Below, one piece after another: positions 26,992-36,083 of a stretch of 41,894 nucleotides of DNA. Every line of letters begins with the position of its first letter. Positions within the stretch are counted from its first letter, which is position 1. The notes beneath the pieces are model-generated. The model worked only from the letters and a program-made list of their open reading frames with translations. It searched no databases and was not told the origin of the DNA. Source of the DNA: Candidatus Fervidifonticultor sextus (GTDB lineage: Bacteria > Sysuimicrobiota > Sysuimicrobiia > Sysuimicrobiales > Humicultoraceae); NCBI GenBank assembly GCA_031459875.1, contig JAVKHQ010000023.1:1-41894 (forward strand), read 5' to 3'. A program made the translations under genes and the position numbers.

Positions 26992-27401
26992 CGGTTGGCG
27001 TTGCGCAACCGTCTGGCCTGGGCCTGCAGCATGCGGAACATCACCCGCGGGTGCGAGATGAGGAAGTGTTCGGTCTCCGGGCCGGCCAGCGCGATGCACC
27101 TCAGCGGCCTCAGCGCCACCACGTCGGCGGTCGGCGGCTCGCCCAGCAGCACGGAGACCTCCCCGAAGAAGTCGCCGCGGCCCAGGGTGGCCCGGGTCTG
27201 GCCGTCGATGCGCACCGCCGCCTCGCCGTCGAGGATCACGTAGAAATTCGATCCCGAAAACCCCTGGCGGAGGATCCGCTGCCCTTCTTCGAACCACTCC
27301 TCCTCGAAAGTGTGCGCCACGGCCTGGAGCTGCGGCCGCGTCAGGTCGGCGAACAGCGCCAGTCCCGCCATGATCTCAACAATGTCGTCACGCTCTACCA
27401 T
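26979..27401 (-). CDS. Stand-alone cyclic nucleotide-binding domain protein
   Basis: ILRQGFSGSNFYVILDG, LGRGDFFGEVSVLLGEPPTADV. SD AGGAG. Confidence 0.88.
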   Translation of the reverse strand: MVERDDIVEIMAGLALFADLTRPQLQAVAHTFEEEWFEEGQRILRQGFSGSNFYVILDGEAAVRIDGQTRATLGRGDFFGEVSVLLGEPPTADVVALRPLRCIALAGPETEHFLISHPRVMFRMLQAQARRLRNANRWRS

Positions 27402-27431
27402 CGCGTCTCCTGCCCCTCCCCCAAGCGGTCA

Positions 27432-27650
27432 CTACTCGGATGACGACACCGCTCCTGCCCGGGCGAGTGCCTCATCCACCCTGGCCGCGTGCCAGACGGC
27501 TCCGAGGTCCTCGAACACCCGGAGGCCGACGCGCAGGCGCACCGGCTGTCCCATCAGGCGCGTAACCCATGCGTCGCGATCCCGCAGGGCCCGGTGCATG
27601 GCCAGCACCACGCGCCGCTCGCCACCCTGACCTGCGTCGTGCACACCCAC
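27432..27650 (-). CDS. Small hypothetical protein or gene remnant
   Basis: A 72-aa ORF that exactly fills the gap between co-oriented genes. Confidence 0.4.
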   Translation of the reverse strand: MGVHDAGQGGERRVVLAMHRALRDRDAWVTRLMGQPVRLRVGLRVFEDLGAVWHAARVDEALARAGAVSSSE

Positions 27651-27654
27651 GACC

Positions 27655-28338
27655 TCACCCCTGCCGGAAGAGCAGCCCCAGAACCAGCGTGAGCGCCAGG
27701 CTCGTCCCGACCTCCACCCGCGCGCCCGGCCGGTGCCGGTCCAGGCCGAACCGCAACAGGTACCAGGCCGCCCCGAGCAACCAGAAGGCCGGGGCCAGGA
27801 ACAGCACGACCGTCAGCAGGAGGCCCCGCTCGGCATAGCCCGCCACCCGCAGGCGCGGGGCCAGGAACTCCTCCGGGCTGGAGCGAGTGCGGTAGGCGAG
27901 CGACACCTGGTAGGTCAGGATGGCACCCGCGAAGGTGACGGCCACGTAGGGAATCGCATAGTAGAGGACGGCGGTCAGCGCCGGGGAGCCGATGGGGATC
28001 TCCCCGCCCAGCGGCAGGCCGGCCACCCGCACCGCTGCGGCCAGCACAGCCAGGTGGATCGCCTGGTCCCCCAGGAACAGGACGACCGACGCCGGCCCAT
28101 CATGCTTCCCGGCGGTCACCTTCATGTGGTCGACAACATAGTGCGTGACGCTCAGGATGGGGACGATCAGCCACCACCGGGGGAAGATCGGCGCCGCCAT
28201 CAGCGCCGTGAAGACGCCGTGAATTCCGGCGTGGAGGGCGAGCCCGATGGGCCGCTGCTTGAGCCTGACCAGCTCGTAGGGTTGGAAGATGAAATCGGCC
28301 ACCAGGTGGGCCAGCACCAGATAGAGCCAGGGAGACAC
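27655..28338 (-). CDS. DUF3307-domain membrane protein
   Basis: LAHLVADFIFQP, LHAGIH, THYVVDHMK, FLGDQAIH, AGYAER. Confidence 0.85.
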   Translation of the reverse strand: MSPWLYLVLAHLVADFIFQPYELVRLKQRPIGLALHAGIHGVFTALMAAPIFPRWWLIVPILSVTHYVVDHMKVTAGKHDGPASVVLFLGDQAIHLAVLAAAVRVAGLPLGGEIPIGSPALTAVLYYAIPYVAVTFAGAILTYQVSLAYRTRSSPEEFLAPRLRVAGYAERGLLLTVVLFLAPAFWLLGAAWYLLRFGLDRHRPGARVEVGTSLALTLVLGLLFRQG

Positions 28339-28426
28339 TGTGGACACCTCATCCGCCTGCGCCAGGCGAACGGCCTGCGTGACAGACCTTGCTTCGGCGC
28401 CGGGCAGAGATGCCCTGCCGGGGATC

Positions 28427-29473
28427 TCAGGCCTCGGCGATCTCGACCAGAAGGCCCGCCGCCCGGTCACACTGCTCGCGCGAGACGTCCAGGTGGGTGA
28501 CGGCGCGGATCGTCCTCGGGCCGAAGGCAAAGACCAGGACGCCGCGCTCCCGTGCACGGGCGACGACCGTGGGCGCGTCGGGCGCATCGGGCGCGAGGCC
28601 GAAGACGACGATGTTCGTCTGGACGGTGGCCAAGTCCAGGACGATGCGGCGACTCTGGGCGAGCCGCTCGGCGATGCGCCGGGCCTTGGCGTGGTCGTCG
28701 GCCAGACGCCCGAGGTTGTGGTCGAGCGCGTAGAGGGCGGCGGCGGCGAAGATCCCCACCTGGCGCATCGCGCCGCCCAGCATCCGCCGGTGCCGGACGG
28801 CCCGCTCGATCACCTCCCGCGGGCCGGCCAGCAGGGAGCCGCCGGGCGCGCCGAGCCCCTTGGAGAAGGCCACCGCCACGAGGTCGAAGGGCGCGGCGAG
28901 GTCGTCGGGCGGCCGGCCGCTGGCGACCGCGGCGTTCCACAGCCGCGCGCCGTCCAGATAGGTGGCCACACCCCACTCGCGCGCGGCGGCGCAGATCCGG
29001 ACCGCCTCATCCTGCGGGAAGATCACCCCGCCGGCACGGTTGTGGGTGTTCTCGACCTCGACCAGCGTCGTCGGAGGATAGGTGAGGTGGCCGCGCGGCT
29101 TGCGGGCGGCCAGGAACTCCTCGGCGGTGAAGAGGCCCCGGCTCCCGATCTCGGTGAACTGGACGCCCGCATTGGCCGCCGACCCGCCGCTCTCGTGCCA
29201 GACCGCATGGCACTCGCGGCTCACGATGACATCGTCGCCCGGCCTGGTCAGCACCCGCAGCGCCACCTGATTGGCCATCGTCCCCGTCGGCAGCCAGAGC
29301 GCGGCCTCCTTGCCCAGCAACGCGGCCACCCGGTCCTGGAGACAGTTGACCGTGGGATCTTCGCCAAACTGGTCGTCGCCGACCGCCGCGGCGGCCATGG
29401 CGGCCCGCATCCCCGGCGAGGGCCGGGTGACGGTGTCGGAGCGCAGGTCGATCGGGGCGGCAGAATCCGTCAT
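28427..29473 (-). CDS. ltaE: Low-specificity L-threonine aldolase
   Basis: [60 protein letters not shown]. Confidence 0.9.
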   Translation of the reverse strand: MTDSAAPIDLRSDTVTRPSPGMRAAMAAAAVGDDQFGEDPTVNCLQDRVAALLGKEAALWLPTGTMANQVALRVLTRPGDDVIVSRECHAVWHESGGSAANAGVQFTEIGSRGLFTAEEFLAARKPRGHLTYPPTTLVEVENTHNRAGGVIFPQDEAVRICAAAREWGVATYLDGARLWNAAVASGRPPDDLAAPFDLVAVAFSKGLGAPGGSLLAGPREVIERAVRHRRMLGGAMRQVGIFAAAALYALDHNLGRLADDHAKARRIAERLAQSRRIVLDLATVQTNIVVFGLAPDAPDAPTVVARARERGVLVFAFGPRTIRAVTHLDVSREQCDRAAGLLVEIAEA

Positions 29474-29550
29474 AGGGATGACCTCATGTCGAGAGTGTAC
29501 CCACCCCCCACGGGCGGGTCCACCTGCGGGTGGCGCAGGCGCGCCAACCC

Positions 29551-30432
29551 TCACCCCATCAGGATGAGGGCAGTCCCCCCCAGCGCCACCAGCGCCCCCA
29601 GGACCAGCCAGGCCGTGATCCGCTCCCGTCCTCGCAGCAGCAGCGGACTGGCCAGCAAGACGACGAGCACCTGGAGGTTGTAGAGCACCGACACGATGGC
29701 CACCGGGGCGTACCGCAATCCGACGTAGAGCAGCAGGATCGCCGCGGTGTTCATGACGGCGCTGCCGAGCAGATCGAACCGCCACAGGAGCGCCGCTTGG
29801 GGCCAGCGCGCCGGCCGGTGGAACACCGACCACACCAGGTGTGCTGCCAGCGCGGTGCACGCGCCCACCGCCGCCCCGAGCACGGGCGCCGGGGTGAGCT
29901 GCAGCCCGGCGCGCCGCGCGGTGTCGCCCAGAGCGAACGCGGCCGCGCCGCCCAGCGCCATGGCCACGCCGCGCAGGTCGGCGGAGCGGTGGGGGGCACC
30001 CTCCGTGCCGCTCGGTCGCAGGCTGATCCAGAGCCCCAGCGTGACGGCCACCAGCCCCGCCAGTTGCTGGGGGCGGGGGAGTTCCTGCAGGAGCAGGAAG
30101 CCGGTCAGCAGCGTGAAGATGCTGTTGCTCAACCTGACGGTCGTCGCCAGCGACGCCCCCAACCTGCCGATGCTGGCGTAGCTGAGGTTCCGCCCTACCA
30201 GCGTGCCGGCGAGGCCGCCCACGACGAAGAGGCCCACAGACCACGGGTGGATCGGCGGCAGTCTGCCGGTCAGGCCCGCGCCGATCAGGAGGGCGGTGAA
30301 GACCACGACGTTGACGGCGATGCTGACCAGGACGCCGGCCTCCGGGGGCACGGCGACCATGAAGCGCCGCGCGAGCACAATGCTCATCCCAAATGACACC
30401 GCCGCGGCCAGGGCGGCCAGTTCTCCGGTCAC
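29551..30432 (-). CDS. DMT/EamA family transporter
   Basis: About ten hydrophobic segments in two repeats, 293 aa. Confidence 0.82.
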   Translation of the reverse strand: MTGELAALAAAVSFGMSIVLARRFMVAVPPEAGVLVSIAVNVVVFTALLIGAGLTGRLPPIHPWSVGLFVVGGLAGTLVGRNLSYASIGRLGASLATTVRLSNSIFTLLTGFLLLQELPRPQQLAGLVAVTLGLWISLRPSGTEGAPHRSADLRGVAMALGGAAAFALGDTARRAGLQLTPAPVLGAAVGACTALAAHLVWSVFHRPARWPQAALLWRFDLLGSAVMNTAAILLLYVGLRYAPVAIVSVLYNLQVLVVLLASPLLLRGRERITAWLVLGALVALGGTALILMG

Positions 30433-30522
30433 GCATCACCCCGAAGCCGTCAACCCCCCGCAGAGGCCGGCGGGCGCTGCCGATGGCTTCGGTGAGAGGG
30501 AGACGGCGAGGGGAGGTCCATC

Positions 30523-31161
30523 GTGGATCGGGTCTGGCTGCAGTCGGCACGCGGGCGGCGGCGCCTGGGGTTCACGCTCCTCGAGTTGTTGATCGCGCTC
30601 AGCCTGGGCGCCACCGCAGCGGTCGGCGTCCTGGGCCTGGTGCGGGTTGCCACGCATGCCGCCGTGCTGACCGAGGGCCGCCTGGACGCCCAGCAGCACG
30701 CGCGCCGGGCCATGGACCGCATGGTCGAGGAACTGCGCTGGGGCGAGGCCGTGGTTCCGAGCGCGCTGTGTCCGAGCGGCCTGTGCGCGGACCGCGTCAG
30801 TGTCCGAATCCCGTCTGGCAACCCGTACCGGCAGGACCAGGGCTATGAGGTCACGTTCCAGCACAACCCGCGACAGCGCGAGGCCGAGCGTCGCGTGGGA
30901 CGCGGGGTGAACAACCTGGCCTCGCTCATCGAGCGCCTGGAGGTCGCCTACCTCGACGCCGCCGGCAGTCCGGCCACCGACCCCGCGGCGGTGGTCCGTC
31001 TCCGCATCACCCTCACGGCGGTCCCTCCCCGGGGCACGCCCATCACGCTCCAGAGCGAAGTGGCCCTCCGCAACCGTCGCCTCCCACCCGTGACGCCGCC
31101 CAGCCCTCCGGCGGTGCCGCCCTGGCGACCGACCCCTCGTCACATCCCGTCTTCCCCGTAG
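30523..31161 (+). CDS. Prepilin-type N-terminal cleavage/methylation protein (minor pilin or pseudopilin, PilW-like)
   Basis: [15 protein letters not shown] class III signal peptide, [16 protein letters not shown], terminal EVALRN. Confidence 0.82.
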   Translation: MDRVWLQSARGRRRLGFTLLELLIALSLGATAAVGVLGLVRVATHAAVLTEGRLDAQQHARRAMDRMVEELRWGEAVVPSALCPSGLCADRVSVRIPSGNPYRQDQGYEVTFQHNPRQREAERRVGRGVNNLASLIERLEVAYLDAAGSPATDPAAVVRLRITLTAVPPRGTPITLQSEVALRNRRLPPVTPPSPPAVPPWRPTPRHIPSSP

Positions 31162-31192
31162 CCGCGGGCACGGGGGCTGGCAGAACCGCGCA

Positions 31193-31510
31193 TCAACCCG
31201 CATCGGCCCGCCGGAGGCCAACCAGCTCGCCGCCGCTCACCTCATGCGCGCGCAGGGTCAGGTCCGGCGCCATCACGGCGCGGACGTGGAGCAGCGCGAA
31301 GCACCGACTGCCCATGACGTCCTTGTCGAGGATCCGCACGTCCTGGCCATCCTCCAGGTCCTGCCGCAGTTCATAGTGGGGGTCGACGCGCACCGTGATG
31401 ACCTCGCCGCACGTGCCGCAGCGTACGTCCAGCAGGAAGGCGGTCGGACGTCCCGCGTCTCCTCGCCCGGGCGGGGTCAGCCAGCGTCTCAACCACTTCA
31501 CAGGATGCAC
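31193..31510 (-). CDS. Hypothetical protein with CxxC
   Basis: 105 aa, VRCGTCGEVITVRVD...RCF. Confidence 0.6.
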   Translation of the reverse strand: MHPVKWLRRWLTPPGRGDAGRPTAFLLDVRCGTCGEVITVRVDPHYELRQDLEDGQDVRILDKDVMGSRCFALLHVRAVMAPDLTLRAHEVSGGELVGLRRADAG

Positions 31511-31550
31511 GTTACTACGGAGCAGTCGCGTATACCTGCGTATGCCTCTG

Positions 31551-31579
31551 TTGACGCCGCCGCCGGAACGTGCTATCGT
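31551..31579 (+). promoter_or_regulatory. Sigma70 promoter
   Basis: TTGACG-N17-TATCGT with an extended -10 TGn. Confidence 0.75.
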
Positions 31580-31593
31580 CGGCCGGGAGTGGA

Positions 31594-31629
31594 CTCCTTT
31601 AAGAGCCGTCCGGCGAGACGGACAAGGAG
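31594..31629 (+). promoter_or_regulatory. PyrR-binding RNA element
   Basis: CTCCTT/AAGGAG lower stem, UUUAA motif, CCGTC/GACGG upper stem, and hexaloop CGGCGA matching the CNGNGA PyrR consensus. Confidence 0.85.
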
Positions 31630-31635
31630 GGCATC

Positions 31636-31755
31636 ATGACCTACCTGTGCAGGCCTGCCCCGCCCGTGCGGCGGGCGTTTTCGTTTGTCCCCGCGTCGTC
31701 TCCCCGTCCCCCGGTGGAGCCGAGCCGCTGTCTGGACTGCGGCGGAGCGAGGTGA
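31636..31755 (+). CDS. Putative 39-aa leader peptide (regulatory uORF)
   Basis: AAGGAGG-N5-ATG, translating MTYLCRPAPPVRRAFSFVPASSPRPPVEPSRCLDCGGAR*. The stop lies within the GAGGTGA SD of the next gene. Confidence 0.55.
   Translation: MTYLCRPAPPVRRAFSFVPASSPRPPVEPSRCLDCGGAR
31661..31686 (+). terminator. Intrinsic terminator (attenuator)
   Basis: CGCCCG-TGCGG-CGGGCG hairpin followed by TTTTCGTTT. Confidence 0.7.
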
Positions 31756-31760
31756 ACCCC

Positions 31761-32957
31761 ATGGATCCGGTCGCCGACGGCGCGGGAGGCAGCCTGTGGG
31801 ACCGGGCCCTCGAACAGGCGGTCCGGGACTTCGGAGGGTGGCTGAACGCCCACACGCACCTCGATCGCGCCAACACCTTTGCGCCCGAGTACCTCCACCA
31901 CGCCAACATCGACCCGATCGGCGCGGCCGGCCTTTCCCTGCCGGTGAAGCAGATCCTGGTCGGTGAACTGCACAAGGGCCTGGCCTATCGCCCCGACAAT
32001 CTCTACTGGCGCATGCGTGCTGAGTTGGAGCGCATGGCGGCCATGGGAACCCGCGAGGTGGTCTCGTTCATCGACGCGACGCCGGACATCGGCCTCGTCG
32101 CCATCGAGCAGGCCGCCCGGCTTCGGGACGAGTTCCGCGGACGGCTCGCCCTCAAGATCGCGGTCTCGCCGATCTTCGGCTTCAAGAACCCCCGTGCGAA
32201 CCCCGACCGGTGGGACACCTACCGGCAGGCGGCCGAGATCGCCGACGTGCTCGGCGGGCTCCCCTCGAAAGACCGCGCCGAGGGCCGGGTGGGATTCGAC
32301 GGGCATGTCCGCCTCCTCCTCGAACTCGGCAAGGCGCTGCGCAAGCCGGTGCACCTGCAGGTGGACCAGGACAACGATCCCCGCGAAGAGGAAACCGAAC
32401 AGCTGGTGCAGGCGGTCCGGTGGCTGGGGGCGCCGGAGGTGCCGGGCGCAGACGGCCCCACGGTGTGGGCGGTCCACGCCATCTCGCCGTCGTGCTACGA
32501 TGAAGAGCGCTTCCAGCGCCTGGTCGACAACCTGATCCGGTACAACGTCGGGGTGATCTGCTGCCCGACAGCCGCGCTCTCGATGTTCCAGCAGCGGCCG
32601 ATCCTGGCGCCGATTCACAACTCCATCGCCCGCCTGCTGGAGATGATGGCCGCGGGCGTGGCGGTCCGGATCGGCACGGACAACATCTGCGATATCTTCA
32701 TCCCCAATGGGGACGGCAGCGTCCGCAGCGAGGTCTGGGTGGCGGCGACCGCCCTGCGCTTCTACCACACGACGATCTGGGCAAAAGTCGGCGCCGGCCT
32801 GCCTCTCAACGAGGGTGACAAGGAGTGGATCCGTCAGGCCCTGCAGCGGGCCCGGGACACCTGGGCTGCGGTGCACGCCGACCTGGCCCGAACCGGGCCC
32901 GACGGGGCCCGGCCGGGTCAGCCCGAGGACGCGGACCGCCGCCTGACGCTCCGGTAG
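31761..32957 (+). CDS. Cytosine-deaminase-like metal-dependent amidohydrolase
   Basis: NAHTHLDRA, VHAIS, GTDNICD. ATG 31761 follows GAGGTGA; the gene lies downstream of a PyrR element. Confidence 0.8.
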   Translation: MDPVADGAGGSLWDRALEQAVRDFGGWLNAHTHLDRANTFAPEYLHHANIDPIGAAGLSLPVKQILVGELHKGLAYRPDNLYWRMRAELERMAAMGTREVVSFIDATPDIGLVAIEQAARLRDEFRGRLALKIAVSPIFGFKNPRANPDRWDTYRQAAEIADVLGGLPSKDRAEGRVGFDGHVRLLLELGKALRKPVHLQVDQDNDPREEETEQLVQAVRWLGAPEVPGADGPTVWAVHAISPSCYDEERFQRLVDNLIRYNVGVICCPTAALSMFQQRPILAPIHNSIARLLEMMAAGVAVRIGTDNICDIFIPNGDGSVRSEVWVAATALRFYHTTIWAKVGAGLPLNEGDKEWIRQALQRARDTWAAVHADLARTGPDGARPGQPEDADRRLTLR

Positions 32958-33094
32958 CGGCACCTCGTTCCTGCGCGCGTTCCCTCGGCCGATGGCCGCA
33001 CCGCCGTCCGGGCTGGGGGGAGCCGGGTGCTGCGATGGCGAATCCTCCGCCACGATCGCGGATCTTGCTGCCGCAGCACTCCGGAGGACGCATC

Positions 33095-33574
33095 ATGCGG
33101 AGCCGACTGGACTTCGGCAGGGCCATCGAGACCCTGCGGGCATCGAAGGGCCTCTCCCGCGAAGAGGCTGCCGCCCTCGCCGGGATCTCCCACTCGTACC
33201 TGTCGGAGATCGAGCGCGGCCTCAAGCGTCCCTCCGCCGACATTGTCGCGAAGATCGCCCGCGCCTTCGGCATGAGGGGAAGTGCCTTCCTGCAGTATGT
33301 GGAGGAGCTGTCGGCGCCGCTGCCAGGGGAGCCGGCCCCCTCGCGCGCGGTGCAACTCCCCCTCAAACGCGGGAGAGCGCTGCCGCTCTTCTCGGCTGAT
33401 TCGGAGACCGCAGGCTCGCCGCGGGCCAGGCGCAGGCAACGGGGCCTTCCCGCAACGCCGGAGGCGGGCGACCTGGCCCTCAGCGAACTGCTGGTGATCG
33501 GCCGCCGGCTGCGGCCCGAGGACCGGCGGGCACTGCTGCAATTGGCCCGCCACCTGCTGCACCGAGCGTCCTAG
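33095..33574 (+). CDS. XRE/Cro-CI family HTH transcriptional regulator
   Basis: LRASKGLSREEAAALAGISHSYLSEIERGLKRPS. SD GGAGG. Confidence 0.88.
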   Translation: MRSRLDFGRAIETLRASKGLSREEAAALAGISHSYLSEIERGLKRPSADIVAKIARAFGMRGSAFLQYVEELSAPLPGEPAPSRAVQLPLKRGRALPLFSADSETAGSPRARRRQRGLPATPEAGDLALSELLVIGRRLRPEDRRALLQLARHLLHRAS

Positions 33575-33607
33575 TGTGAGTGAGCACGTCCGGTCCGAGG
33601 GGCCAGG

Positions 33608-35389
33608 CTAGCCGGCCGACCCGCCGGATCCCCCGCCGCCTCCGCCGCCCCCACCGGAGAAGCCTCCTCCCCGACCGCTCCCCGAACTCGCCGAAGAGGT
33701 GGCCGCGGCCAGCGCCGTGGTGAAGGCGCCCAGCGATGCCAGCGGATCGGCCCCACGGGCGGACGATGCCCCGGCCCAGGAACGCAATCCCGGCGAGGCC
33801 GCGAGTTCTTCCGCGGGATAAAGCGATCGGAGCTGGCGGATGACGCGATCGGCCACCCCGAGCGGCACCGCGTACACGAGGTAGTGCTCCCAGATCGCCA
33901 GCGAGGGGAGCCCGGCGCGCGGCATCTCCGAGAAATCCAGGAGGAACTGCCTGAACCCCTGCCAGCGGAGGAGGTCGTCCGCGCCCGGCTGCGAGCGCCG
34001 CCTGACCGCACCGCTGCCGGCGGCCAGCACGAGGCCGGAGAGCGCGGCGGCGATGCCCAGGATGGCCTGCACGCCTGCGGCGACGGCTCCCCCAAGGATC
34101 ATCAGGAGGATGCCGGCGACCAGGCAGACCGTGCTCAGGGTCATGCTCGCCGGATCGAAGAAACCTCGCGCCGAGGCGTCCTTCGAGACCTTCGCCGCCC
34201 ATCTTGAGAACTGCTCGCCGATGCGACGCCTGGTCTCCGCGGGCGGGCCCGTGCGGCGGTCGATCGTGACCCGCTGGCCCTCGGCGTGGGGGCGGCCGAA
34301 CAGCATCGCCAGCGCATCGGCTTCGAAGGGGTGCAGGCCCTCGGTCTTCGCCGTGCGGATCAGGGTGTAGGACTCGCTGCGGCCTGCCGCCTCGGTCTCG
34401 ACCGACAGATACCCGCGCCGGACCAGGTCCAGGACGGTGGCGGCGAAGTCGGCCGGCTGCACGGAGCCGAACCGCCACAGCGCCCCCAGCACCGCAGGCG
34501 GGTAGGAGCCCGGGAGTTCGCGGTAGTATCCCTCCATCCCCCGGGGCCGGGGCTCCCGGCCGAAGCGCAGGTACAGGAAGGCCCACAGCCCGAGCGTGAG
34601 GACGGGGAGCCCGGCCAGCGAGCCGAACAGGAGCCGCTGCATGGTCCGACGACGGTTGGCCTGCCGGGCCCAGACGCCCTCTTCACGCAGGATGCGGGGC
34701 AGGGCGACTTCTGCCAGACGCCTGCGCGCCAGGGGGACGGCCTCCTTCGGAAACACCACGCGGGCCTCCACCATCGAGAACGCCGGGAGATTTTGCACGG
34801 TCAGGACAGCGCCGCCTGGGGCCGGCCGCGCCTCGCCATGCAGGGGGCCGTGTCCCCAGACCCTGATCTGGTCGGGGCGCAGCCCGTCCGGTAGCCGGAC
34901 GGTGATGGCCACGTCCTCGCTGGGCCGATCCCAGCCGCTGCCGATGAACTTCCAGTAGAGTTCCGCGATGTCGTCGTAGACCGTCACGACGTCGTCCAGC
35001 ACATAGGAAATCACGAAGGTGCGGGACTCATTCGACGCCGCCAATCCCCAGCGAATCACCACCGCGTCGCCGTCCCGAGAGACCTGGTACGTGCCGGGGC
35101 CGGCGGTGCCGGCCCGCCGGAGCGGTCCACGTTCATCTGCGATGCGGATGTCGCGGATGCGGGACGCCCCCACGAGCGGGAGCCGGTAGGTCGCCCACGA
35201 GAAGTCCCCGTCGAACCGGTACGTCCGCGCCTCGGTGACGGCCAGATCCCCCTCACGCGAGACCACGGCTTCGATGGCGACGCGCCCGAAGGTGAAGGAC
35301 TTGGCGACAGCCGGGGCGACGGGACGTGCCACCCACGGCAGGAGGACCAGGAACGAGGCGACGATCAGCCGCCGCATGCCCGCCGGCAT
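33608..35389 (-). CDS. DUF2207-domain membrane protein
   Basis: VTEARTYRFDGDF, ELYWKFIG, WGHGPL, WEHYLVYAVPLGV, Gly/Ser-rich tail GGGFSGGGGGGGGG. TGATG overlap with the upstream gene. Confidence 0.88.
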   Translation of the reverse strand: MPAGMRRLIVASFLVLLPWVARPVAPAVAKSFTFGRVAIEAVVSREGDLAVTEARTYRFDGDFSWATYRLPLVGASRIRDIRIADERGPLRRAGTAGPGTYQVSRDGDAVVIRWGLAASNESRTFVISYVLDDVVTVYDDIAELYWKFIGSGWDRPSEDVAITVRLPDGLRPDQIRVWGHGPLHGEARPAPGGAVLTVQNLPAFSMVEARVVFPKEAVPLARRRLAEVALPRILREEGVWARQANRRRTMQRLLFGSLAGLPVLTLGLWAFLYLRFGREPRPRGMEGYYRELPGSYPPAVLGALWRFGSVQPADFAATVLDLVRRGYLSVETEAAGRSESYTLIRTAKTEGLHPFEADALAMLFGRPHAEGQRVTIDRRTGPPAETRRRIGEQFSRWAAKVSKDASARGFFDPASMTLSTVCLVAGILLMILGGAVAAGVQAILGIAAALSGLVLAAGSGAVRRRSQPGADDLLRWQGFRQFLLDFSEMPRAGLPSLAIWEHYLVYAVPLGVADRVIRQLRSLYPAEELAASPGLRSWAGASSARGADPLASLGAFTTALAAATSSASSGSGRGGGFSGGGGGGGGGSGGSAG

Positions 35390-36024
35390 CACTGCGGCCG
35401 CGTCATCCGCACGAGTTCTGCGTAGGTGCGCAGCGACTGTGGTCCCCTGGAGATCAGCGAATCCTCCTTGATCATGCCGACCCCCGGCGCATACCACCGC
35501 CAGGACTGGACGCGCGTGTCCTGTCCCAGGACCCCGGTGAAGTACAGCTGCATCGCCTCGTAGGTCCCGGCCGGCACGGCGACGGTCTCACGCCGGGCCC
35601 ACGTGTAATGGATCACGACCCCCTGGTCGCCCATCCGACCGGTCCACTCCCAACGGTTTCCCGCCCGGACCGGGGCGGCCAGGACCCGCTGCGGAGGATC
35701 CAGGACCACGGTCCCGGCGGCGTAACTGCGCTGGTGCGCGTACACGCCGTCGGGCCCCACCCGGTAGCATTCGACCTGCCTCGCCGTCCCTCCCACCACG
35801 GTCTCGATCGCCCGGCAGACGTGCCCACCCACCGGCATCGTCCTCCCGACCCGGATCACCACCTCGCCGGCGTTCGTACGGTAGACCCATAGGATCCCTT
35901 CCGCCAGCGGGAAATAGGTGGCCACCGCCGCCGGCGTGGCCAGGGCCACCTGGCCGGCGAGGAGGACCGCCGTACCCCAGGCGGCCACACCTCCGGCCGT
36001 CTTCCACCGGCGTGCAGCATCCAC
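35389..36024 (-). CDS. Secreted hypothetical protein (beta-rich, DUF3108-like)
   Basis: Signal-like segment, YFPLAEGILWVY, ETVAVPAGTY, WYAPGVGMIK. Confidence 0.7.
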   Translation of the reverse strand: MDAARRWKTAGGVAAWGTAVLLAGQVALATPAAVATYFPLAEGILWVYRTNAGEVVIRVGRTMPVGGHVCRAIETVVGGTARQVECYRVGPDGVYAHQRSYAAGTVVLDPPQRVLAAPVRAGNRWEWTGRMGDQGVVIHYTWARRETVAVPAGTYEAMQLYFTGVLGQDTRVQSWRWYAPGVGMIKEDSLISRGPQSLRTYAELVRMTRPQ

Positions 36025-36083
36025 GAGCTCACCCCCTCTCGGCAGCGCCCTCGATCCAGGGCGCGAAGGGACTTTTCCCGGCG

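Noticed and set aside
25501..27297. cNMP-oxidoreductase in-frame fusion
   Set aside because: The cNMP domain is in a different frame with its own stop at 26979; these are two overlapping genes.
28427..30550. 707-aa extended threonine aldolase
   Set aside because: The extension is an off-frame overlap of the DMT transporter. The family N-terminus (IDLRSDT) begins just after ATG 29473.
33611..33700. GGC/GGA low-complexity repeat
   Set aside because: It encodes the normal Gly/Ser-rich tail of DUF2207 proteins.
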